From Eledone cirrhosa (lineage: Eukaryota), in the NCBI GenBank assembly GCA_964016885.1, contig OZ024745.1, positions 116,746,001 through 116,810,000 of the forward strand: a stretch of 64,000 bases of DNA, in the 5' to 3' direction. Shown one piece after another: positions 52,446 to 64,000 of this stretch. Positions within the stretch are counted from its first letter, which is position 1, and each line of letters starts with the position of its first letter. The notes under the pieces are model-generated. The model saw nothing but the letters and a program-made list of their open reading frames with translations. It had not been told where the DNA came from and searched no databases. Both the position numbers and the translations under genes were made by a program.

Positions 52446-53265
52446 TTTCTTTATTAACCACAAGGGTTTACATAAAGTAGACATTAAGGACAGTGCAGGA
52501 CAATGCAGGACGGTACAAATGGGCATTTCTGCGTGTAAAAAACAAAAACAGAGGATGTAACAAAAAATAACAATGAAAAATTCCCCAATAGGGGGCAGAC
52601 TTCGGAGGGACATTTGTGGAGAAAGCCCAGTAAAAAGCCACAATGACCCTGACCACCAAGGCAAGTGCCCTCTCCCAGTTTTCCACCTTTAGTTTACAGA
52701 TATATACTCAGAGTCGGCCCATTCACTCGCGCCATTCTTGCTTCTCTCACCCATCTTTCAACAAAATGCTGGGAAGAGAGCACTTCCTTCTCTACTCTGA
52801 TTTTCCTTTTCAAATGAAATTTGAAAAAGTCAATCAGAGCATCACCGAAGAGGTAAGTGCTCGTCTTCAGCCCTTTCAAACGTGTCCACCATACTATCTC
52901 TTTCGCCATGGCCACCAGACAGATAAAAACTGCCTGCCCTTCCCGGCTAAAGGAGGAGGGCGGGGCAATCCTCACGATAGACTCAGATGATAGCTGGATC
53001 CGTCCTAAACGCGACAACAGGTGTTCGACATAAACCCACAAGTCAGCAATTTTCGGACACTGGACGAGTGCGTGCAGGACGGTTTCGTCGCCCTGTGCGC
53101 ATCTCGGACATGCCCGGCTGACGGCACCTCCATGCCTGTAGAGTTTATCCCGAACTGGCAAGGCTCCTCGGTAGCACTGCCAGGCCAGAGATTTCTGGAA
53201 GTTGTCCATAGGCCCTGGCCCGAAAGTTCTCCCGAAGAGATTGGCTAGTTGATTTTCGTCGACGC
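52444..53265 (-). mobile_element. 5'-truncated second copy of the Tx1 element
   Basis: Matches 18114-18893; retains the AATAAAGAAATC(ATT)n 3' end; flanked by (TAA)n on both sides. Confidence 0.92.
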
Positions 53266-53286
53266 AATAATAATAATAATAATAAT

Positions 53287-53488
53287 GCTTTCTTATATAG
53301 ACACAAGGCCAGCAATTTTGGGGAGGGGAAAGTCGATTAAATCGACTCCAGTGTATTACTGGTACTTTATTTTATCGACCCCGTAAGGATGAAAGGCAAA
53401 GTTAACATCGACGGGATTTGAACTCAGAATGTAAAGAGCCATAACTCTATCCTGCAAAGCATGGTGTGTGACGCTTTACCGATACTAC
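53287..53488 (-). mobile_element. SINE family A (long variant); its (ATT)n tail abuts the Tx1 copy
   Basis: Core identity with other copies. Confidence 0.9.
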
Positions 53489-54525
53489 TACCAACAACAA
53501 CAACAACAACAACAACAAGGATTAATACAATTAAGGTGGTGTAGATTGATTAAAATGTTCTCTAATTGCGGATAAGGAGCTGGAAAATTTGAAAACTGCA
53601 ATAATAGTTCAATTAAACCTTAGAAAATGACTGGAATACAGTTTTTAAAATGTTTAAAACATAAAACTCAACATTTACCATATTTGAAACTATTTGTCAA
53701 TAACAGATTCTATTACAAGAGATGAACAGCCAAGAACCTATAGTATGGAACTATGTCAACAGTAAATCAACTAAATATTGCCAATTTTCGTGTCACTGGA
53801 CTACTGCTAATATTTAGATTTTTATAAAGATTTCATTCAAATCAATTTAACTTACGCATCTTCTTGACATCTTCTTGACATCAGTTTCACGATTTCTATT
53901 TAAAATCTGGCAAAGGAAGTGTGAACATTTTCAGAGTTGAAATGTCACCTTTTGCCATATATTGTCCTTCGGTTGACCTTGATTATTTAATAAAAAAGAA
54001 TTAGGATGAGAGAGATGCTAACCTAAACTAATTTCAACATCGATCCTTGTATAAATAACCTGCTTTTCAAAGGCAGATTAAATTACTACATTACCATAAA
54101 ATGTGTAGTGCGATTTATCTCCAGTTTTTACATCATTATCCACTTGAGAAACATTAGAATACCTACAGAAGGATATAAACCGGATAGTTCCTGCTAAGGT
54201 ATTATGTCAGCTAACAACGAAGTTTCTATATGGCTTCTCAATTTACTAAACATAGCTGTCACATCTTCATTAATTCACAACCCAATTATACTAAAACGTG
54301 ACAGAAATATTAGATTATGTTGTTAAGAAGTGGTAGGAAAATCATAGCTGGGAGGATTTTGATCACTGGTTTGCTCAACAGTAGTTAGTTAGGACTTAAT
54401 ATGAAACCCAATTACTAACCCCCTTACGTATCATGAAGTACCTATAATTAGATAAGCAGTCATTGACATAATTCATTGCTTGTGGTGAAACAAGAACATT
54501 TGGTCATTTGTTATAGCAGATCGAT

Positions 54526-54698
54526 ATAATGGTTTCTACTTTTGGCACAAGGCCAGCATTACTGGTGCTTCATTTTATCGACCCCGTAAGGATGAGGCAA
54601 AGTTAAACTCGGCGGGATTTGAACTCAGACCATAAAAGGCCGTAACTCTATGCTGCAAAGCATGGCATCCGACCCTCTACCGATATTACCAATCCACC
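54526..54698 (-). mobile_element. SINE family A (shortest variant) with TSD AGATCGAT
   Basis: Core identity; flanking direct repeat. Confidence 0.88.
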
Positions 54699-55015
54699 AG
54701 ATCGATTAGCAAGACACAGATACTAATTATTTCCATCGGAATATTTTAAACTCACTATTACATAAAGCACTTTAGTTATCTCCTTAAGCTATTTTATTGT
54801 AATGTGCGCTATGGGGAAACAATACCAAACCATTAATCAACATGTATGATACGGAGTGTCCTCAGACGCAAACAATAATCGATGCTGCATGAATATTTGG
54901 CACAAGGGAAATAATTTGCTATACTTCAGTTCATATCAAGTACCAGAGTTACATACAAAAAAACTGAATTGCATTCAAGTGAACATATCGTAACAGTTAA
55001 TGCCTTTTATTACGT

Positions 55016-55590
55016 ACTAGCATTAAAGCCCGGCGTTTCTCGGGGTCAGTAAGTTACCAAAGTTAGGTTGCACCACCCATTTTATGGCAGCACTTTTTTG
55101 TCTGCCAGGCACTGGGTGAATGAATTGCAGACCTGGACTGCCGAAGCAGGAGCTGCGCCAGCAGTGACAATTGTAGTTTCGCCTATGGATATTATCTCTG
55201 TGCAAAGAAGTGTTGAAATTTATTGTTTCACAGTACTTGCGCAACACGCGCGTAGACGATGCCAGCCGAACAACAGAGCTGCGATGGAGTTGTTCTGCAT
55301 GGTTGTCTAATGTGTTTTCTAAATTTAAGACAGTAGGGAGGGGTGTGATATGGGGTAGAGTTAGCTGTTGTTTCTAGCAGGTTTAGTGACCTCATAGAGG
55401 ATATGTGTTTTCTAAATTTAAGACAGTAGGGAGTGGTGTGATATGGGGGAGAGTTAGCTGCTGTTTCTAGCAGGTTTAGTGACCTCATAGAGGATATGTT
55501 TTCTAAATTTAAGACAGTAGGGAGGGGTGTGATATGGGGGAGACATTGTGTCTATAAGGTGGAATTTCTACATGCCCCCTTCTGAATACC
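55016..55590 (-). mobile_element. Non-autonomous Helitron-like element with ~88-bp internal tandem repeats (55310-55545)
   Basis: Minus-strand 3' end CCCGAGAAACGCCGGG-CTTTAATG-CTAG|T (hairpin + CTAG). Confidence 0.7.
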
Positions 55591-55599
55591 TACCAAGGC

Positions 55600-57080
55600 T
55601 ATTTCCCTAGGGGAATCAGGGCCCTTTTTATTTTTTTACTTTCTAGGTATCCTTACTAGTTTGCCTTGATCTTTCCAAGTTGAGACTGATACCTGATTCC
55701 AGGTGTGTTTCCTAGACTTTCTTCTCTAATTCGGACTTGGCTGTGATGACTAGACAATCTCCACATAGGAGTTTCCATGCGCCGCCAGTCTTAAACTCTT
55801 CTGTTATCGCCTGGGGAACAATTATGAAAAAGAAGAAGCTGAGAGCTTCCACTAGCACAGCAAATTTTTCACTATATTCATTGTAAACTCTCGCCTTACT
55901 GACTACTCCTTTGCATATGACTTACATCACCCTCACAATCAATTCTTCTACCCGGATCCTGGAGCGCAGAACCATAAACAAACCTTTCCTGGGTCGACAA
56001 ATGCAAGGTAGAAGGGTTTACGTTTGCCCGGGTACTTCTCTTGCAACGGTTTCACAAGGAAATAAACATCTGTGGTACCTTTACCAGGCTCAAAACCAAA
56101 TTGCATCTCCACTATATTAATTGTATCCTTAATTAGGAATTATTTTGCGTCTGCATGAGACAGATCATCTCCTTCAATCTACCTTCTGTCTCTGTGTTCA
56201 TCTCGCTCTGATTCTAAAGTCGCCGAGCCCTTTATGTGATTTTGTGAGGGTAAAACCTATCTGGGTTGTATGTTCGCCGAACTGATTTAAAGTTGGTCTA
56301 GAGACTTTGTTAATTTTCTGAAATTGCAGAGAGTTACGCCATTGGCATCACAAAATTCCAGGATTCTTGATGCCTCCTCATTTCCAAAACCATCACAGCA
56401 TTGCCCAACATGTCCATTAAAATCGCTTGCCATGATTATAAAGTTATCATCACTTGTATTTAAAATCTACCGGTCGTGTTTATGGTACGCATGTAGAGAT
56501 GATTGCCACTCTTATTTTATCTAAGACTAGTCTAAGCTTCATGATTTCATCACTCACTCTAACCATCTCAATTACCTTGTCAACACAATATCTGCAGCCA
56601 ATGGTAATGCTGTGTCGTACCTCTGAGGTGTCTATCTGAGGCTCTTCTTCATCCAGTATCTTCTACGCAACATACATCTACTCACTTTCGCTCTTACATC
56701 TCTACAATCACACGTAATCTTCCTTTGGTTGTTTCGATGTTGATAATGGCGGCGGCTCTAAAGTTTTAAAGATCGTAGGAAGGAAGAAGGTTCTAGAAAG
56801 CGAGCTTTTTTGTGGTACTGGCTTCTTTTGTCCGGAATGTAGAAAGTTCCTTCTGAGCCTGAAAATAGATTCTTTGCTATGGCTTGCCAACTGATAGTAG
56901 GCTCTTGCTCATGGCCAGATTTTTCTGTGTAAAGACTAATGTAACCCATCTAATCAAGACATGCATGAAAGGATGTCCAGCTAGGATCTGAATAAGCCAC
57001 AGCCAAGGGTGTATGTTAGAAATGGGCTTTGTGATAGAAATTGTGTACAACCAACCATCTTGCTCGGGATCTGCCCCTGG
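55600..57080 (-). mobile_element. Decayed RTE-type LINE 5' portion (APE endonuclease)
   Basis: IMASDFNGHVG..GFGNEEASRILEFCDANGVTLCN at ~56320-56440. Confidence 0.65.
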
Positions 57081-58139
57081 GTCGCCTGCCAGATGAACTT
57101 CTCAATTCAAAATATGTCCTATGCAATTAAAGCTAAATATGTATTTGGTGGTCCATGAAGTTTTTACCGTAGATTTTGTGGACCAACTTCATGAAAAGGT
57201 TATCTGTCACTGATACAGAATATATTTTAAGACCTCACTCACATTCTTGTAAAAGGTCAAGGAGGATACAATGGTTGTTGAGAGGTCTAATTGTATGCTC
57301 AGGAATTGATTGTATTGAGAAATATTGATCTCTGCAAATCAGTGGGCTACGCTTGACTTCTTACAATAACTATTTCAATTAAATAGAACCATAAGAAGTT
57401 CATATTTTTTCCTTTACACATTGCATGAAAGGGGATGTGATGCTCTCTCTTCTCAGCTTTAAGATAATAAACAGATTTCTTAGCAAACACGTTAGTTATG
57501 AATCATCTTTACTAACTTTCATATTCTCAAATGTCTGCTGAGCCTGTTAGTCTAGTATTGATGATATTATAGCGTTCTGGCGATTCAATCCAAAAGTGAT
57601 GTATATTGAGTCCTATAGATTATAAGGATCTATTCAGAAACTAAAAAAAAAACCTACCTATAAGTTTGATGTATTTAGCCATTCTGGTTTTATACTCACC
57701 ATCATAGATTAATATATTATTTGATAGCTTTGAAAAAGAAATAAGATGTAAACTATAACTTACAAGCCACTTAACAGATTTTAGAAATTTATTTAGTTTC
57801 TTTCTAGTGTGTTAATCTCCTTATTTAAAAGTATAATGTAAATATTCTTTTTAAAGAACTAGAAACTAACTTTGTGAAATTGAAATAAAATTAACATAAT
57901 TCTCTGCATTTTTATGCAAAATTCATATTTACTTCAAAATAAATTTTACATAAAATATTATGATTTTATTTTCTCATAAATTTAAAAACTTATTGATTTT
58001 ATTGATTGTAATGAAAAGTTGTAATATCCATCAGTAATTCAATGGCAGCATCATAGTAAGTATAACGGTTCCAACAATACATAAGGCTACATTTACAACT
58101 AATTTCAACACGCATCAATATATATATATATATATATTG

Positions 58140-58300
58140 ATCCGCAACAGAAAACTCTACCATATATCTCCACACACAACCCCCTAAACAATGAGGCATT
58201 CGACACCATCCTCCAGAACATTCCTTTACTAAAAAGAGACCCAAGAATAAACAAAATCCTCCAAACACACAACATCATAGAGAGCAAAAGACAACCTAAT
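58140..58300 (+). mobile_element. Penelope-type linker fragment
   Basis: KTLPYISTHNPLN..ILQNIPLLKRDPRINKIL..IIESKRQPN. Confidence 0.65.
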
Positions 58301-58580
58301 TTATATATATATTTCAAGACTATACAGAGCATTTGTAGTTTCTCCAAATTGAAGGATGAGTATTTTAAACTTTATTTTATCATGAGTTAAGGCTCTATTG
58401 ATTTTTCCCTGAATTTCACTAAATTCTGTTGGATGAATCTATATCCTAATTCTTTTTGAATTGAGTTTGAATTATTTTTCCCACATCTTACGTTAACTAT
58501 TTTCCCATTTTGACGCTATAGTCACTTATATATTATGAAATACTGTGTGCTCCTTGCTCATAATAATTTCTATACTTTTC

Positions 58581-58993
<413 letters not shown>

Positions 58994-60019
58994 GAATGAA
59001 ATGAAATGAAATTTCTCACTCTTAGTACGGCTGATACTTAAATGTAAGTATGTATACGTACATACATATATGTATACAGACGTACAGTAGTATGTATATA
59101 TATACATACATGCACACATGTCTAACATATACATACATGCACACATGTCTAATATATACATACATGCACACTATCTAATTTTATATATTTTTTTATCTCT
59201 TTCTATTATCTTTTATTGTCTCCTACTCTCATTCGATTTACCTATTCTATAACCTCCCTCCTCCATTTCATACACTATCCTTAGAATCTGATGTATACCT
59301 ATCACTTTCAACGCTTGACCGGCTTCACCACTCCCTCATTGTTCTACAGGCAAGTTCAGCCACCCCTACCTCCCACCAAATGCCATGATAGACTTATTTG
59401 TGTTTACAACAAATTTTAACCAATCCTCTTGACAACTACAATCTTCCCATATAAAGAAGTAGCCCCTTGAAAAGTTCGGCTATTTATTCACCAGGCTACA
59501 AATTCTAATTTAGTCCAGAAATAGCCGTCGAAACGGCTTGAGCTCTGCCGTCGGGGTCATACTTTTTCCTATATATATATATATATATATCTATATATAT
59601 ATATATATATAAATCGAAGTATGTATACGTACATACATATATGTATACAGACGTACACTAATATGTATATATATACATACATGCACACATATATATATGT
59701 ACGTATGGGTTTACCGAACATTTATTATAATCTTCGGTTTGTTTGTAAACAAACAGCTCGAATTAAGCTGTACAGTGTTCCGGCACCATCGTCGCCCTTT
59801 TGTTCAACACTGACAAAGGAACGATGAACTAGTTTCAAGCTTATTAGCTATCGTCAGCATCGTATACCTTCCTGTCAGATGGTTGAACGTTTGAAAGTAT
59901 ATACTTTCCTTATGCATATTAACGACTGAGCAGCCTAATTTGCATATCGAGTGAGTTAGTCGGCCGGGCGAACCGAAAACAATAAATGGAAAAGAATGAA
60001 ATGAAACTTCCATGATACT

Positions 60020-61580
60020 ACCAACTGAACAACACCACATACTATATCTACCATAGTATAGTACCAACTGTACAACAGCACATACTATACTATATCTACC
60101 ATAGCATATTACCAACTGCACAACACCACATACTATACTATAACTACCATAGTATAGTACCTACTGTACAACAACACATACTATATCAGAGCTTCCATAG
60201 TATAGTACCTACTGTACAACACCACATACTTTACTATACTATATCTACCATAGTATAGCACCTCCTGCACGACACCACATACTATACTATATCAACCATA
60301 GTATAGCACATACTGCACGACACCACATACTATTCTATACTATATCTACCATAGTATAATACCTACTGTACAACACCACATACTATACCAGATATACCAT
60401 AGTATAGTACCTACTGTACAACACCACACACTATATCAGATCTACCATAGTATAGTACCTACTATAAAACACCACATACTATATCAGATCTACCTTAGTA
60501 TAGTACCTACTGTACACCACCACCTACTATATTATATCTACCATATCATAGTACCTACTGTACAACACCACATATTATACCAGATCTACCATAGTATAAG
60601 ACCAACTCTACAACATCACATACTATACTATATCTACCGTAGTATCGTACCAACTCTACAACATCACATACTATACTATATTTACCATAGTATAGTACCT
60701 ACTGTACAACACCACATACTATACCAGATCTACCATAGTATATTATCTACTTTACAACACCATATACTATATCAGATCTACCATAGTATAGTACCTACTG
60801 TACAACACCACATACTATATCAGATCTACCATAGTATAGTACCAACTGTTCAACAAAACATACTGTACTATATCTACCATAGTATAGTACCTACTATACA
60901 ACACCACATACTATACCCGATCTACCATAGTATACTACCAACAGTACAACACCACATACTGTACTATATCTACCATAGTATAGTACCTACTATACAACAC
61001 CACTTACTATACCCGATCTACCATAGTATAGTTCAAACTGTACAACACCACATACTATACCAGATCTACCATAGTATAGTACCTACTATACAACACCACA
61101 TACTATACCCGATCTACCATAGTATAGGACCAACTGTACAACACCACATGGTATACTATACCAGATCTACCTTAGTATAGTACCAACTGTACAACACCAC
61201 ATACTATACCAGATCTACCATAGTATACTACCAACAGTACAACATCACATACTGTACTATATCTACCATTGTATAGTACCAACTGTACAACACCACATAC
61301 TATACCAGATCTACCATAGTATACTACCAACAGTACAACACCACATACTGTACTATATCTACCATAGTATAGTACCTACTATACAACACCACATACTATA
61401 CCCGATCTACCATAGTATAGTTCAAACTGTACAACACCACATACTATACCAGATCTACCATAGTATAGTACCAACTGTACAACACTACATACTATATCAG
61501 ATCTATCATAGTATAGTACCTACTGTACAACACCACATACTATATCAGATCTACCGTAGTGTAGTACCAACTGTACAACA
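60020..61580. repeat. 48-bp minisatellite, about 32 copies, each with an internal hairpin
   Basis: actgtacaacaccacatactataccagatctaccatagtatagtacca; period 48 (60781 to 60829). Confidence 0.95.
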
Positions 61581-61599
61581 CGAAGGCCCTTTTCCTTCA

Positions 61600-61772
61600 G
61601 GCTGTTCTTCGTGTTTGTCGTTACTTCTTTCTTGGACACTACCAGGTCTATTATCTCCTCCTTCAATACATCCTTAAACATTGGCTAGTTACTCCCAGAC
61701 ACATATTTGTGTAAATAGCTTGTCTCCATCTGAACACAGTCCTTTAGGCTGATAAGACCTCTTCCACCTATT
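61600..61772 (-). mobile_element. Diverged R4/Dong fragment
   Basis: GGRGLISLKDCVQMETSYLHKYV..PMFKDVLKE parallels 51385-51500. Confidence 0.7.
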
Positions 61773-62299
61773 ATTTTCCTCTTTTTATGTTTCTTCTCCT
61801 TCTTCTTGTTTATTTCTATGTCTTTTCTTTCCTTTCCGTATTCCCTTTCTTCGTCCACCAACACACTTTCCTACTATAATTAAAAGATCCAAGATGGCTA
61901 CCTCCGACATCAGCGCAAATGTCACACCAATATTATTGCTGGACGTCAGCAGTCTATTACAACCTAGCAATGGAAGCAGAATTCCCAACTTGAGAGACAT
62001 CGTTACATGTAACCAAGCAATATGAAGTATTGACAGAAACCTAATAAATACACAACATGGCCGCTGCAGAAATACACACACCAAAGCAAGTCCTATTTTG
62101 ACCTGACAGAAAATTAAGATGTTATCGTATAGTAGCGATATTCATCCAAATATCATACCACTTCACCTGCCGTCACATTCCAACTTGATTTGTGAAACTG
62201 ATAATAAACAGTACACAACTCCAAATAGTTATATTTACAACCTATCGTCCAATGAATGCCTCGAACCATAAGGATAAGTTAGAACGATAGAAAAATTAT

Positions 62300-63480
62300 T
62301 CACTAAACTGACCCGAATGTATCTGCTTGTCAAATATGATGTTCTTTGGACAAGTAATTCTCTACTCATTTGTGGGCAATAATATTCCAGATCTCTGCTT
62401 CACATATAACATGGAGTTTATCTATAACGTCAAAGTGACGCTGAAGATTTCCTCTGACCACATCATAATAAAACTAACAAGGATGGTGTAACACAGTAGA
62501 TAGGCATGCTGCATGACGGACCTAATCTCCTACTAGTTTGAACTTTTAAAAACCTAACTAGAAACTGGATCAGTCAGAGATCCTCAAAGAAAACTGGTCC
62601 GAATGCATCTCTATTCAAAACATTAACGTGAGCAATTTGTATCAATGATGCAAGCATATGCATTATACTTATCCAAGTGAAAAAGACCAACACAGACAAA
62701 AATAAAATTTACAGTGACAAAAAAGATCTGATGGGAACAACATTCTCAAACCACCGCAATGAAAAACTTAAAAACAGCGGAAAATTCCACATAAAAAGGC
62801 ATTGGTAGAAATTGAAATTGTAATGAGACAGTCCTGTGGAGAGGAAAGAGAATAAAAGGAAACCAGAACAGTAGAAAAAAAAAGGAAACAACTAAAAGCA
62901 TTCTATAAATTTTCAAAGTCAGTTTCAGTAAACTACGAGATAGAGCTACTGTTCCAAAAAAATGGCCCATTGACTATCGGCTCTCAAAGGAGAAGTGAAA
63001 GTATTGTCACGTTCTTGATATGCAAATAAGTAAGCCACATGAGATATTTTCCATTACATATTGAGAAATGGTAAAATTGATCACATCGACATAATGGAAA
63101 AACTAGTAAGATCAGTCATAGAAGAAATGAGCTTCAACACAGTTACTTAATCTGGTGGGTTTCCAGCAATCCTCCTAAAAACTTGCTAACGGACCGAGCA
63201 AAACTATAACAGATCCTATGCCAAAGCTTCTTCGCAAGTAGTAAACTTCCAGGAAAGTTAAAAGGCCTATCCATAAAGGAGGAAGTAGAGCAGATGCTAA
63301 AAATGTCATACCTATTTTTCTCATCTCAGATACAAGCAAATTCACGGAATGAATTAGTGCATTATTAGAGTGAGATTGATCATGTTCCTAGAAGAAAGTG
63401 ACTTGCTAACACCCAGCATGACTTTTGTCCGAGAAGTTACCTCACATAGCTTTTACAGCACTACGACTTAATGTAATATA
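62300..63480 (+). mobile_element. Highly decayed CR1-like LINE
   Basis: GFPAILLK (~63158-63182); TQHDFCPRSYLT*LLQHYD (~63410-63467) resembles QHGF..RSCLTQLL. Confidence 0.6.
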
Positions 63481-63662
63481 TCTCAACTTTATGTCTTCAG
63501 TCATGTATGTCACAAACGGAATGATCTCTGAATAGCTGGAAAATTAGGGAAGTGGTTAAATGCCCTTAGTTAACTATTTTATATATTTTTATAATCGATA
63601 TGATTAAAGATGTGAGAATATAGTGTACTAATGAATATGGTAATTCTTTTTTTCTATATAAA

Positions 63663-63905
63663 CTCTAGTGGTCTAATGGTAAAGGCGTTGAACTTAGGAT
63701 CATAATGTCGTGATTTCGATTCCTGGGTTGTGTTCTTGAAGAAAACACTTCATTTCATGTCGCTCCAGTATACTCAGCTGAAAATAAACCAGCAATAGCT
63801 GGGGATTTAACCCTGCGATGGACTGGTGTCCTGTATAGGCGGGGTATTGTACTTTCAGTCGCTTCACGCCACTAAACTGGGATAAGCACCAGCCTAACGA
63901 GTTCT
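63663..63905 (+). mobile_element. tRNA-derived SINE family C
   Basis: GTGGTCTAATGG (A box), TTCGATTCC (B box), AACCCTGCGATGGACTGG..GTCGCTTCACGC..GGGATAAGC tail domain. Confidence 0.8.
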
Positions 63906-64000
63906 CTGGCTTGAGGCAGACTTTAGATAATTGTGAGATCAAGATACTATTCTACAGTGCTAAAACAACGTATTACATCTGTTTGCTATTTCATCTGTTT

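Noticed and set aside
63663-63730. tRNA gene (also 31950-32028)
   Set aside because: A/B boxes continue into SINE body sequence; no complete cloverleaf

Overview
AT-rich eukaryotic DNA, most likely an octopod cephalopod (inferred from octopus-type tRNA-derived SINEs and very long (TA)n/(CA)n tracts). I see no clearly intact host gene, no prokaryotic system and no CRISPR array; most ORFs in the track are microsatellite artefacts. The window is mostly decayed retroelements: a near full-length Tx1/L1-clade LINE plus a truncated second copy; R4/Dong-type RLE LINEs of two families; three Naiad-type and several other Penelope-like elements (PLEs); RTE and CR1-like fragments; a mariner remnant; Helitron-like non-autonomous elements; about 14 copies of one SINE family; and three large minisatellites. 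Points of most interest: (i) about ten type-I hammerhead ribozyme motifs from at least 7 different sequence families, including a retrozyme-like tandem unit, plus a recurrent 'half-hammerhead' element; (ii) (TTA/TAA)n tracts occupied twice by the same trio of Tx1, Dong and SINE with fixed strand polarity, including a possible Tx1-SINE chimera; (iii) a few weak candidate host exons. All calls were made by eye; coordinates are approximate and no database search was run.
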